Shown here: positions 37,150-46,753 of the stretch, piece after piece | Layout of the letters: each line of letters begins with the position of its first letter | Position numbering within the stretch: position 1 is the first letter of the stretch | NCBI GenBank assembly: GCA_002317245.1 | Contig: DCIU01000150.1 | Span: 246-55,938, forward strand | Source: Lachnospiraceae bacterium UBA1718 | GTDB lineage: Bacteria > Bacillota > Clostridia > Lachnospirales > Lachnospiraceae | Length of the DNA: 55,693 nucleotides | Direction of reading: 5' to 3' | Program-made: the position numbers and the translations under genes | The notes under the pieces: model-generated | Told to the model about the DNA's origin: nothing | Seen by the model: only the letters and a program-made list of their open reading frames with translations | The model's database searches: none

Positions 37150-37605
37150 ATGAATGGATTAGAAATAGGAATTCAAATAGTTACAATAGTTGATCTGGTG
37201 GTTGCGTCCATACAGGACATAAGGAGAAAGAGCATTTGGCTAATCTGGATTGCAATGCTGGGGCTATTGTCAATTGCTTCAATGATTGCGTCCATAATAG
37301 ATGGAACTATTAATTATATATGGGTAATCACCACAATATTAATAGGTATGGTCTCAATGCTTATTAATAGAATTGGCAGGAAAAACATAGGTGAGGCGGA
37401 CATTATAATTGTTTTATTAATAGCGCTTATTTTGAATGGCGTTTACTACTTGGAATTTATAATAATCACCTTTGGAAGCGTTTTTGTTTTTTCGCTAACC
37501 ATATTAACAAGTAGAAAGGCGAATAAAGAGGATATAATTCCTTTCATTCCGTTTATTACTATTGGAATGATTTGTGCATTTATAACCGAATGTATCTACA
37601 GGTAA
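37150..37605 (+). CDS. Prepilin peptidase (A24, TadV/CpaA-like)
   Basis: QDIRRKSI and IGEAD aspartates; IPFIPFI; multi-TM. Confidence 0.85.
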   Translation: MNGLEIGIQIVTIVDLVVASIQDIRRKSIWLIWIAMLGLLSIASMIASIIDGTINYIWVITTILIGMVSMLINRIGRKNIGEADIIIVLLIALILNGVYYLEFIIITFGSVFVFSLTILTSRKANKEDIIPFIPFITIGMICAFITECIYR

Positions 37606-37611
37606 ATATAT

Positions 37612-38055
37612 ATGAATAATAAGACTATAAGAAGAGAACTGTCCGCTTATTTTACCGTAGAAGCCTCTATGATAGTTCCGCTTGTTTTTGTGCTAATAAT
37701 GCAATGTATCTTTTTGGTATTCTTTTTATACAATCATTGCGTCATATATCAAAGCTGTTATATTGCGGCTCTTAGAGGTCAACAGGTTAAAGAAGTTAGT
37801 AATTCGGGAATTGAGAAATACGTAGACGAGGAATTAGCGAAGCTGCTTGATGAACAGATATACAGATATCAGATCAATGGAAAGGCCAGTGTTAGTGCGA
37901 TGACGATTTCTGTAGAGGCTCATAGTGGCTTTGAGAATATTCTAAGAGACTTCAACTTATATAATATCAATACCTTTGAGATAAAACGGGGCGCAAAAGT
38001 AACTCGAATTAATCCGACGGAGTTTGTTAGGAAAAGCCATAATTTACTGAGGTGA
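37612..38055 (+). CDS. TadE-like minor pilin
   Basis: A/YFTVEASMIVP with Glu+5 and a hydrophobic helix. Confidence 0.82.
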   Translation: MNNKTIRRELSAYFTVEASMIVPLVFVLIMQCIFLVFFLYNHCVIYQSCYIAALRGQQVKEVSNSGIEKYVDEELAKLLDEQIYRYQINGKASVSAMTISVEAHSGFENILRDFNLYNINTFEIKRGAKVTRINPTEFVRKSHNLLR

Positions 38056-38063
38056 GGACGATA

Positions 38064-39323
38064 ATGAAAATAGTACAGGAACTTGGAAAGAGTACGTTGA
38101 TACTGAATGATAGTGTAGACGAACGCATCAATTATATGAAAAGAATGATTATAGATAACTCGATAGATGGATTGCTGGAGTGTAGTCAGGGGCTATATGA
38201 AAATAGTGAGGTGCTGAAATACGATGTTACAAATATGATATCGGCAAGGAAGAAATTCGATGCCGGGACGATGAATGATGAAGTCCTGTCAGACTTTTTG
38301 CTTGATATTTCTGGGGCTATCAAAAAAGGACGACAGTTTCTTCTGGAAGAAGATTACTTTGTGATTGATCCGGATTATATTTTTTTTGATATGATTTCAA
38401 ATGACCTCAACCTCTTATATGTTCCCGTTGGGAGAAGTGTTGAGGGAAAAGATAGAAGCAGTTATTTTTTGCTTGCAGATTTTCTGCTTGAGACAATTGA
38501 TCATAGTTGCACGAAAGCAGTGGACATAGCCTATAGCTTTTATAAGATGTCCAAGGAAGACCTTTTTTCCCTGGATTCCTTCTGTAATCTTTTCTGCAAA
38601 TCAAAGTCTGATGATAAGGAAAATACAGGTACGAATAAGAAAAAACATAATGAGGTCCATGAAGGGGACGATATAGCTCAGGCGGATATTCAAAAAACAG
38701 TTCGGGAGATAGAGCCAGACAAATACGTCATAAGCTGGAGAAAACCCATTCTGCTTGCTGTGGCTACGTTCATAATACTTGCGGTATCAATAGGCGTATT
38801 AAAAAACAATCCCTATTCAGTATATCTAATGTATCTAGCAATAGTTCTTTCTGTATTCTGTCTGATGCTTGTTATCTCCAACCTTGTTAAAAAGATCTTG
38901 AATAGTAGAAATGATAACCTCCAAACAGAGATAAATGTGAATGTTGAGGACTTCTGGTATGACGATGGAGACACAAGGTTCTTTGATGAAGAGATGACGG
39001 TCTTTTTTGATGAGAATGCTCCCCAAAATATGAGCACAAAAATCAGCTGGGATTCAAATGGCGAAAAGAGAACGGAAGAGATATTCAAGTTCCCCTGCAT
39101 AATTGGTAAAAAATATGATGAAGTTGATGTATGTATTGGGGACGATTCTGTTAGCAGAATACATGCATCAATTAATATGAAGAACAAGGAACTATATGTT
39201 AAGGACTTAGGCTCTACTAATGGAACCTTTGTGTCAGGTAACAGACTGTTAAAAAATGAAGAGGTCAGAATTGGAAATAATGGCCAAATCAGGTTTGGAA
39301 AAGTTGATGCCTATGTAGTATAA
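38064..39323 (+). CDS. DUF6382-like N-terminus, two TM helices and a C-terminal FHA domain
   Basis: FHA motifs IIGK, VSRIHA, DLGSTNGTFV; IDGLL, YDVT, DPDYIF, LYVP. Confidence 0.85.
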   Translation: MKIVQELGKSTLILNDSVDERINYMKRMIIDNSIDGLLECSQGLYENSEVLKYDVTNMISARKKFDAGTMNDEVLSDFLLDISGAIKKGRQFLLEEDYFVIDPDYIFFDMISNDLNLLYVPVGRSVEGKDRSSYFLLADFLLETIDHSCTKAVDIAYSFYKMSKEDLFSLDSFCNLFCKSKSDDKENTGTNKKKHNEVHEGDDIAQADIQKTVREIEPDKYVISWRKPILLAVATFIILAVSIGVLKNNPYSVYLMYLAIVLSVFCLMLVISNLVKKILNSRNDNLQTEINVNVEDFWYDDGDTRFFDEEMTVFFDENAPQNMSTKISWDSNGEKRTEEIFKFPCIIGKKYDEVDVCIGDDSVSRIHASINMKNKELYVKDLGSTNGTFVSGNRLLKNEEVRIGNNGQIRFGKVDAYVV

Positions 39324-39363
39324 TATTTGCGTAGTTTCAAACGATAGTATTAGGAGATTATAC

Positions 39364-40344
39364 GTGAAAATTAATATCTACTACGGTGGCAGAGGGTTGA
39401 TGGATGACCCAACATTATATGTTATTAACAAGATGCAGACTGTTCTTGAGGAATTGAACGTTCGCGTAGAACGATACATGCTGGGTGAACTTAGGAATAC
39501 CATTACAACGCTTCCTCAGACACTTAAGGACGCTGATGGAGTAATCCTCGCAACCACTGTTGAATGGTATGGTATCGGTGGATATATGCAGCAGTTCTTA
39601 GATGCATGCTGGCTGTATGCAGATAAGGAGAAGCTCTCTAAGATATATATGTCTCCAGTTGTAATGTCTACTACATACGGAGAGAGAGAAGCCAAGCTTA
39701 GCTTATCAACAGCCTGGGAGATTCTTGGTGGTCGTCCATGTAGCGGAATGTGTGGTTATATTGCTTCTACGGCTGCACTTGAGATGAATGATGAGTATAC
39801 AACACTCATTGAGAAGAAGGCAGAGAATATATACAGAACTATAAATCAGAAGTTCACATCTTTCCCGGCAAGTAATCAGGCTGTTAAACAGACTGTATCA
39901 GTATCGCAGAATACGGAGCTTACACCTAAGGAGTCAGAGCAGCTGGCGCAGTATGCAGCGGATGATACCTATGTTAAGCAGCAGAAGGAAGATATTAAGG
40001 AACTTGCCAATATGTTCAGAGGAATGATGGGCAAGGAGGCCAGTGATCTTGATGGCTATATTAATAAGATGAAGGAGCACTTCAGCCCACTCCCTGGATT
40101 CAAGGCTATCTACAAGATTGTTATTGATGATAAGCCGGTTATGATGAAGGTTCAGGCTTCTGATATTAGCTTTGAGAAGACATCAGGTAAGGGCGACGTT
40201 GAGCTTGTATTATCTGGAGAGACAATGAACGAGATAATCTCAGGCCGTATGACATTCCAGAGAGCATTCATGGGTGGAAGCATGACTTTCAAGGGTGAGT
40301 TTGGAATACTGAGAAGTATGGATGAGTTATTTACATTTATGTAG
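39364..40344 (+). CDS. Flavodoxin-like (NADPH-FMN reductase fold) plus SCP2 sterol-binding domain protein
   Basis: ADGVILAT.V.WYG.GG.MQQFLD; C-terminal G.MTFQRAFMGG.M.FKG. Confidence 0.8.
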   Translation: MKINIYYGGRGLMDDPTLYVINKMQTVLEELNVRVERYMLGELRNTITTLPQTLKDADGVILATTVEWYGIGGYMQQFLDACWLYADKEKLSKIYMSPVVMSTTYGEREAKLSLSTAWEILGGRPCSGMCGYIASTAALEMNDEYTTLIEKKAENIYRTINQKFTSFPASNQAVKQTVSVSQNTELTPKESEQLAQYAADDTYVKQQKEDIKELANMFRGMMGKEASDLDGYINKMKEHFSPLPGFKAIYKIVIDDKPVMMKVQASDISFEKTSGKGDVELVLSGETMNEIISGRMTFQRAFMGGSMTFKGEFGILRSMDELFTFM

Positions 40345-40359
40345 TGTGAGGATATATAG

Positions 40360-40770
40360 ATGAGAGATGATAATTGCATTTTCTGTAAATTAGCTAATGG
40401 TGAGATTCCTACTAATTCAATTTATGAGGATGATAACTACAAGGTTATCTTAGACATGTCGCCAGCTACCAAGGGACATGCCCTTATTCTTCCTAAGGAT
40501 CACTATAGAAATATCTATGAGATTCCAGAAGAGAAGGCAGGGGAAGCCTTTGCGCTTGCAGCCAAGCTCGCTAAGGAGATGACTGATAAGCTGGGCGCTG
40601 AAGGATTCAATATTGTTCAGAATAATGAAGAGGTTGCAGGACAGACTGTTTTCCACCTTCATATTCACTTAATTCCTAGATATAGGACAGATAATCAGAA
40701 GATTTCATGGAATCCAACATCTCCAACAGCAGAAGAATTGACTGACATTAAAAATATACTTACAAAATGA
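40360..40770 (+). CDS. HIT-family nucleotide hydrolase
   Basis: CIFC, GHALILPK, AGQTVFHLHIHLIPR. Confidence 0.96.
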   Translation: MRDDNCIFCKLANGEIPTNSIYEDDNYKVILDMSPATKGHALILPKDHYRNIYEIPEEKAGEAFALAAKLAKEMTDKLGAEGFNIVQNNEEVAGQTVFHLHIHLIPRYRTDNQKISWNPTSPTAEELTDIKNILTK

Positions 40771-40848
40771 CAGAAAATTTGATAAACTATACTTAGTTGT
40801 TGTGTAATTCGCTTTTATGTAACTGCAATAAGTATGGAAGGGGTAAGT

Positions 40849-41340
40849 ATGTTTGAAATCGGTGATTACGTTGTATATGGAAACAAGGGTGTATGCCAGA
40901 TAAAAGACGTTGGACCGATTAATATGCCTGGAGTATCCAAGGACAAGCTGTATTATACACTTGACCAGATATTCTTAAGAGGCAGCACTATTTTTACTCC
41001 TACTGACAGTGATAAGCTTAGAGAGGTTATGTCTGCCCAAGAAGCTAATAGTCTTCTTGTGGATATGGCCGCTATGAAGCCTGAGTGGGTCAAGGATGAT
41101 AAGGTTCGTGAGAGACAGTTCACGGAGATTCTAAGATCTGCAGACAGCAGAAGCTTATGCGAGATGATAATCGTATTATATAATAGAAGAGAAGAGCGAA
41201 TTGCTGGTGGTAAGAAGGCTACCACAACTGACGAGAGATACTTCCATGCTGCAGAGGATATCCTCTATGGAGAACTTACAATCGCCTTGGGACTTAAGCG
41301 CGATGAAGTTAAGAAAAAAGTATTTGAGATAATCAAGTGA
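40849..41340 (+). CDS. CarD-family transcriptional regulator
   Basis: MFEIGDYVVYG.KGVC.I; GKK.TTTDERY...AE..LYGE. Confidence 0.88.
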   Translation: MFEIGDYVVYGNKGVCQIKDVGPINMPGVSKDKLYYTLDQIFLRGSTIFTPTDSDKLREVMSAQEANSLLVDMAAMKPEWVKDDKVRERQFTEILRSADSRSLCEMIIVLYNRREERIAGGKKATTTDERYFHAAEDILYGELTIALGLKRDEVKKKVFEIIK

Positions 41341-41358
41341 TAAATAAAAGCGATAACT

Positions 41359-41384
41359 AGAGCATCCGATTAGGATGCTCTTTT
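41359..41384 (+). terminator. Intrinsic terminator
   Basis: AGAGCATCC/GGATGCTCT plus T run. Confidence 0.8.
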
Positions 41385-41446
41385 AATTGCTATTAGTATT
41401 AAAGTTATATTATAATCAATGTAGTTATCGCGCTTATGGAGGTTGT

Positions 41447-42430
41447 ATGGCGACAATTAAGGATATTGCGGAGAAGTTAAACATATCGGTAAGTGCAGTT
41501 TCGAAGGGACTTAATGGAGCTAATGACATTAGTGAAGAGCTAAGACAGTTAGTATTAGATACTGCTGTTGAGGTGGGATATTCGACTAAGCGCTCACGCA
41601 AGGAAGAACATCGCAAGATGGTCATTTTTATTCAGTCAGTTGGATTTGAGGAAGAGAGTAACTTTGGTTATGAGATTGTCCTTGGATTCAAACAGGCTGC
41701 CTTCAAGAATAAGTGGGCAGTAGATGTAGTCAAGATGACAACGGAACTTCAGACTAAGCAGACCTATGATGTATATATGCTTAAGAACGCATACAGCGGA
41801 GCCTTTGTAGTTGGATTTAAGATGGATGACCCGTGGATGACAGATTTCCAGAATAGTAAGATTCCTGCAGTTCTCTTTGATGCATACATCTCAAGGAACA
41901 ATAATATGTCATACATAGGTACTGACAATTATGAAGGCATTGAGCTTGCAGTTGAGCATTTGGTTGAACTGGGCCATAAGAAGATAGCCCTTCTTAATGG
42001 TACTAAGACCTCGTTAGCATCAGTTCAGAGACTTGAATCTTTTAGAGAGAGTATGAGAACACGCGGACTTGAGGTTGATGAGGAGCTTGTTGACAATATC
42101 GATTTCTATGAAGGTGTTGTTGATGATGTTGCATCACGTTTCATAGACAAGCGTCCTACAGCAATCATCTGTGGTAATGACGTCATCGCAAGCAAGGTTA
42201 TGGACTACTGCAAGGGCAGGGGCGTAAGTGTTCCAGAAGACATCAGCATTATTGGATTTGACAATGTACCTGTGGCTGAGGCCTTGGGAATTAGTTCCAT
42301 TAATCAGGACAGACTGGAACTGGGTAAGAGTGGATTCGTTACACTTAATGCATTACTTCAGCATATTCCAATTAGCAGGACTCTTATGCGTCCAGCACTC
42401 GTGGTTAGAGAATCAACAAGAGAGATTTAA
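41447..42430 (+). CDS. LacI-family transcriptional regulator
   Basis: MATIKDIAEKLNISVSAVSKGLNG HTH; GHKKIA, DISIIGFDN; SD GGAGG. Confidence 0.95.
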   Translation: MATIKDIAEKLNISVSAVSKGLNGANDISEELRQLVLDTAVEVGYSTKRSRKEEHRKMVIFIQSVGFEEESNFGYEIVLGFKQAAFKNKWAVDVVKMTTELQTKQTYDVYMLKNAYSGAFVVGFKMDDPWMTDFQNSKIPAVLFDAYISRNNNMSYIGTDNYEGIELAVEHLVELGHKKIALLNGTKTSLASVQRLESFRESMRTRGLEVDEELVDNIDFYEGVVDDVASRFIDKRPTAIICGNDVIASKVMDYCKGRGVSVPEDISIIGFDNVPVAEALGISSINQDRLELGKSGFVTLNALLQHIPISRTLMRPALVVRESTREI

Positions 42431-42439
42431 TAGCCATAC

Positions 42440-42466
42440 AGGCTCTGGGTTACCAGAGCCTTTTTT
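42440..42466 (+). terminator. Intrinsic terminator
   Basis: AGGCTCTGG/CCAGAGCCT plus T run. Confidence 0.88.
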
Positions 42467-42478
42467 ATGGAAAAATGA

Positions 42479-42672
42479 TTGCAACTTAAGAAGCTATATT
42501 GTATGATAATTATGCGCGAATTGCGTGATTGATATTTCTGGCATTTCAGCCATGGGAGTGATCAATACTGATCGATGCAAGCCTCCCGAATTTCAATTTG
42601 AACAATTTATATGGAAGGAGGGAAAATATGATTGCGAGACCCATTTATTGGACTTTATGTCTGATAACATAA
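42479..42672 (+). other. Candidate small transcription unit: promoter, switch-like RNA and 14-aa ORF (42628-42672)
   Basis: TTGCAA-17-TATGAT; alternative helices; SD AAGGAGG then ATG encoding MIARPIYWTLCLIT. Confidence 0.4.
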
Positions 42673-42709
42673 TAAATGTCAACAGCAGAGAAAAAGAATC
42701 TAAAAAATG

Positions 42710-42770
42710 TTGACAAAAACGAACACATGTTTTATTCTATGAATAGAGAACGAATGTTCTATACACGAAG
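42710..42770 (+). promoter_or_regulatory. recA promoter with two LexA (Cheo) boxes
   Basis: TTGACA-17-TATTCT; GAAC-ACAT-GTTT at 42721-42732 and GAAC-GAAT-GTTC at 42758-42769. Confidence 0.88.
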
Positions 42771-42781
42771 GAGAGATATTA

Positions 42782-43795
42782 ATGGATAAGCAGGAAAAGT
42801 TAAAGGCATTAGATGCGGCAATATCACAGATAGAGAGACAGTACGGTAAGGGTGCTGTTATGAAGCTTGGTGATTCAAGTGCGAATATGAATGTGGAAGC
42901 AATTCCAACAGGATCACTGAGTCTTGATCTTGCACTTGGTATAGGTGGTATTCCTAAGGGAAGAATTGTTGAGATATATGGACCAGAGTCATCTGGTAAG
43001 ACTACAGTTACACTTCATATGATTGCTGAGGTTCAGAAGCGAGGCGGTATTGCTGGTTTCATCGATGCTGAGCATGCTCTTGATCCAGCATATGCTAAGA
43101 ATATTGGAGTAGATATTGATAATCTCTACATCTCGCAGCCAGACTGTGGTGAGCAGGCTCTTGAGATTGCTGAGACAATGGTACGTTCGGGTGCTATCGA
43201 TATAGTAGTAGTTGACTCTGTTGCAGCTCTTGTTCCTAAGCAGGAGATTGATGGCGACATGGGAGATGCAGTTATGGGTGCTCAGGCCAGACTTATGAGT
43301 CAGGCTATGAGGAAGCTTACAGCTGTTATTAGCAAGACCAATTGTACTGTTATCTTCATCAACCAGTTAAGACAGAAGATTGGTGTTATGTTCGGTAACC
43401 CAGAGACAACAACTGGTGGTACAGCACTTAAGTTCTACTCATCAGTTAGACTTGATGTAAGACGTATCGAATCAATTAAGCAGTCAGGCGAGGTTATTGG
43501 TAACAGAACAAGAGTTAAGATTGTTAAGAATAAGGTAGCTCCTCCATTTAAGGAGGCAGAATTTGATATTATGTTTGGTAAGGGTATTTCAAAGATTGGT
43601 GACATCTTAGACCTTGCCGCTGATAACGATATAATTGTTAAGAGCGGTGCATGGTATGCATATGAAGGTAATAAGATTGGCCAGGGTAGAGAGAATGCCA
43701 AGCAGTATCTCGTTGAGCATCCAGATGTATGTGACGAGATTGAGAGCAAGGTTAGAGAGCTGTTCTGCATTGAAGAAGGAGCAGCAACTAATTAA
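42782..43795 (+). CDS. recA: Recombinase A
   Basis: [44 protein letters not shown]. Confidence 0.99.
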   Translation: MDKQEKLKALDAAISQIERQYGKGAVMKLGDSSANMNVEAIPTGSLSLDLALGIGGIPKGRIVEIYGPESSGKTTVTLHMIAEVQKRGGIAGFIDAEHALDPAYAKNIGVDIDNLYISQPDCGEQALEIAETMVRSGAIDIVVVDSVAALVPKQEIDGDMGDAVMGAQARLMSQAMRKLTAVISKTNCTVIFINQLRQKIGVMFGNPETTTGGTALKFYSSVRLDVRRIESIKQSGEVIGNRTRVKIVKNKVAPPFKEAEFDIMFGKGISKIGDILDLAADNDIIVKSGAWYAYEGNKIGQGRENAKQYLVEHPDVCDEIESKVRELFCIEEGAATN

Positions 43796-43816
43796 TAGAT
43801 CGTCCAACACACGGCA

Positions 43817-43858
43817 TATGAAATGCGCCACCTGCTAGTCGGGTGGCGTAATTTCGTA
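43817..43858 (+). terminator. Hairpin between recA and recX (attenuating or stabilising)
   Basis: TATGAAATGCGCCACCTG/CGGGTGGCGTAATTTCGTA; weak U tail. Confidence 0.6.
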
Positions 43859-43868
43859 ATAGGAGACT

Positions 43869-44471
43869 ATGAAAGTAACGGGAATTATTGAGGTAAATAA
43901 TAATAGAAGAAAAGTAATCCTGGAGGATGGTACTAACTTCGTATTATATAAGGGTGAGTTAGGCAAGCTGCATATTAATGTGGATGAGGAACTTGATGAT
44001 AAAGATTACGAGCGCATTATGAATGAGATATTGCCTAAGAGAGCTAAGCTGAGGGGCCTTAATCTGCTTAAGAACAGGCCTTATACAGAATATCAGCTTA
44101 GACAGAAGTATAAGGACGGAGGATATCCGGACGGCATTGCTGATATTGCCATCGAATACCTTAAGGGTCTGCATATGATTGATGACTATGAGTACTGTCG
44201 TATGTATATGACATTTAAGAGTACAAGCAAGAGTCGCAAGAGAATTATTAATGATCTTATGAATAAGGGAGTACCTAGGGATATTATCGAGGAAGCAATG
44301 AACGAACTTGATGATAATGGTGACTTGGCCAGGGAGGAAGAACTGATTCTTAAGCTGATCGATAAGAGACATTATAATAAAGAAGAAGCTTCATATGAAG
44401 AGAAGCAGAAGATGATGTCCTATCTATATGGCAAAGGCTTTTCCATGGACCTAATTCGTTGCTTGACATAA
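43869..44471 (+). CDS. recX: Regulatory protein RecX
   Basis: R.YTE.QLR.K, IDD.EY, L..KGV, YL..KGF; directly after recA. Confidence 0.9.
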   Translation: MKVTGIIEVNNNRRKVILEDGTNFVLYKGELGKLHINVDEELDDKDYERIMNEILPKRAKLRGLNLLKNRPYTEYQLRQKYKDGGYPDGIADIAIEYLKGLHMIDDYEYCRMYMTFKSTSKSRKRIINDLMNKGVPRDIIEEAMNELDDNGDLAREEELILKLIDKRHYNKEEASYEEKQKMMSYLYGKGFSMDLIRCLT

Positions 44472-44491
44472 CATTCCCCTCTGTGTAAAAT
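44463..44491 (+). promoter_or_regulatory. rny promoter overlapping the end of recX
   Basis: TTGACA-17-TAAAAT. Confidence 0.75.
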
Positions 44492-44578
44492 AGATGTGTT
44501 GTAATTTGATAAGTTAGGGGTTCTCTACACTCCCCTAAGATATAATACAATGATAATTTAATAAGGAGGTGCTCCTGC

Positions 44579-46126
44579 ATGACAGGTATAATCATTGCAG
44601 TGGTGGCAACTCTGGTCGTAACAATTCCTGTAGCTATAGTAGGCACAAGCAATTACCAGAAGAAGGTAGCCAAGTCTAAGATTGGTAGTGCTGAAGAGCA
44701 GGCAAGGGGAATTATTGATGAAGCTTTAAAAACTGCTGAAGAGAAGAAGCGTGAAGGTTTACTTGAGATCAAGGAAGAGTCAATCAAAGCTAAGAATGAC
44801 TTAGACAAGGAGATCAAGGAGAGACGTGCAGAGATACAGCGCAATGAGCGTCGTATCCAGCAGAAGGAAGAGAACATCGATCGTAAGACCGAGTCCATCG
44901 AGAAAAAGGAGGCAAACCTTGCTGCTAAAGAGGATGCTCTTAACAAGCAGAAAGAGGTAATTGCCAAGCTCAATGAAGAACGTGTACAGGAACTGGAGCG
45001 AATCTCAGGATTAACCTCCGACCAGGCGAAAGATTATCTACTTAAAATTGTTGAAGAAGAAGTAAAGCATGAGACGGCTGTCATGATTAAAGAACTTGAG
45101 AGCCGTGCTAAGGAAGAAGCCGATAAGAAGGCTAAGGAATATGTAGTTAATGCCATCCAGAGATGTGCAGCTGATCATGTATCAGAGACTACTATTTCAG
45201 TTGTAAATCTTCCAAATGATGAGATGAAGGGACGTATCATCGGTAGAGAGGGTAGAAATATCCGTACTATCGAGACACTTACAGGTGTTGATTTAATTAT
45301 CGACGATACACCAGAAGCAGTCATTTTATCAGGATTTGATCCAATTAGAAGAGAAGTTGCAAGAATCGCACTTGAGAAGCTCATCGTAGATGGCCGTATT
45401 CATCCAGCTAGAATTGAAGAGATGGTTGAGAAGGCTCAGAAGGAAGTTGAACAGATGATCAAGGAAGAGGGTGAAGCAGCTGTCCTCGAAGTTGGTGTTC
45501 ATGGTATTCATCCAGAACTCGTTAAGCTTCTCGGTAAGATGAAGTTCAGAACAAGTTATGGTCAGAATGCACTTAAGCATTCCATTGAAGTTGCACAGTT
45601 ATCTGGATTACTCGCATCTGAGTTAGGACTTGATGCAAGAGTAGCTAAGAGAGCTGGTCTTCTGCATGATATTGGTAAGTCTGTGGACCACGAGATGGAA
45701 GGTTCACATATTCAGCTGGGTGTTGAGCTTTGTAGAAAGTATAAGGAATCAGCACTTGTTATTAATGCGGTTGAGGCACATCACGGTGATGTAGAGCCTA
45801 CATCACTCATAGCATGCCTTGTTCAGGCTGCAGATGCTATTTCTGCTGCTCGTCCAGGCGCAAGACGTGAGACACTTGAGACATATACAAGTCGTCTTCG
45901 TCAGTTAGAAGAGATTTCAAACAGTTTTAAGGGTGTAGATAAGTCATTTGCCATTCAGGCCGGTAGAGAGGTTCGTGTAATGGTAGTTCCAGAGCAGATT
46001 AACGACGCAGACATGGTATTACTTGCCCGTGATATTTCTAAGCAGATTGAAGAGCAGATGGAATATCCAGGCCAGATCAAGGTCAACGTTATTCGCGAGT
46101 CAAGAGTTACAGACTACGCTAAGTAG
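44579..46126 (+). CDS. rny: Ribonuclease Y
   Basis: N-terminal TM, coiled coil, KH ([13 protein letters not shown]), HD (LLHDIGK). Confidence 0.98.
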   Translation: MTGIIIAVVATLVVTIPVAIVGTSNYQKKVAKSKIGSAEEQARGIIDEALKTAEEKKREGLLEIKEESIKAKNDLDKEIKERRAEIQRNERRIQQKEENIDRKTESIEKKEANLAAKEDALNKQKEVIAKLNEERVQELERISGLTSDQAKDYLLKIVEEEVKHETAVMIKELESRAKEEADKKAKEYVVNAIQRCAADHVSETTISVVNLPNDEMKGRIIGREGRNIRTIETLTGVDLIIDDTPEAVILSGFDPIRREVARIALEKLIVDGRIHPARIEEMVEKAQKEVEQMIKEEGEAAVLEVGVHGIHPELVKLLGKMKFRTSYGQNALKHSIEVAQLSGLLASELGLDARVAKRAGLLHDIGKSVDHEMEGSHIQLGVELCRKYKESALVINAVEAHHGDVEPTSLIACLVQAADAISAARPGARRETLETYTSRLRQLEEISNSFKGVDKSFAIQAGREVRVMVVPEQINDADMVLLARDISKQIEEQMEYPGQIKVNVIRESRVTDYAK

Positions 46127-46130
46127 TATT

Positions 46131-46195
46131 AAAGTTCCACATGTGTAAGCATGTGGAACTTTTTTTCCGCATGTAAGACATGCGGAACCTTTTTT
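46131..46195 (+). terminator. Two tandem related terminators
   Basis: AAAGTTCCACATG/CATGTGGAACTTT then TTCCGCATGT/ACATGCGGAA, each with a T run. Confidence 0.88.
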
Positions 46196-46368
46196 ACCCC
46201 TAAATAAGTAGATTTTTGTTCATTTTTGACATAATTTGGTGATTTTACACAAAAACTATGTGCTAAATTTGTATTGTTTTACCAAAATACAGTGTTATGA
46301 TGTAGGTGTAAAGAATAGAAAGAAAAAGAGAGAGGGGACAGAGGAGTAGTCCCAAAGGAGGAAAAATT

Positions 46369-46602
46369 ATGAAGATTATGAATTTAACAAATGTAGAAGG
46401 TTTTTTGAAGACTATTAATGGTTGTAAGGGATCTGTAGAGCTCGTTACAAAGGAAGGCGACAGACTTAACCTTAAGTCAGAGCTTACTAAGTACGTTGCA
46501 CTTACAAGTTTCTTCACAGAGGCAAGGATTCCAGAGATGGAGCTTGTTCTTTCTGAGCCAGATGATGCTCTTAAGCTTGTAAACTTTATTCAGGGTGCTT
46601 AA
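46369..46602 (+). CDS. Small conserved protein with a probable HPr-like fold
   Basis: SD AAGGAGG; F...I..CKG.VELV...GDRLNLKS resembles the HPr VNAKS region; own terminator. Confidence 0.7.
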   Translation: MKIMNLTNVEGFLKTINGCKGSVELVTKEGDRLNLKSELTKYVALTSFFTEARIPEMELVLSEPDDALKLVNFIQGA

Positions 46603-46624
46603 GCTGGTACAAATTAATATAGTA

Positions 46625-46675
46625 AAAATAATTTTCTACCTTGCTTTATTATATAAAGTAAGGTAGAATTATTTT
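46625..46675 (+). terminator. Long AT-rich hairpin terminator
   Basis: TTCTACCTTGCTTTAT/ATAAAGTAAGGTAGAA flanked by AAAATAA/TTATTTT. Confidence 0.75.
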
Positions 46676-46753
46676 CGGGCAAAATTGTATACAATTATAC
46701 AAGGCTCAATTACATGCAGGAACATGCAATATTACAATAAACGGAGAGATTAG

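Noticed and set aside
42525-42713. 62-aa ORF in the track, and a 6S RNA or true yybP-ykoY riboswitch at this site
   Set aside because: GTG start without SD running into the recA -35; the RNA lacks a 6S-length rod with central bubble and lacks the yybP L3 signature
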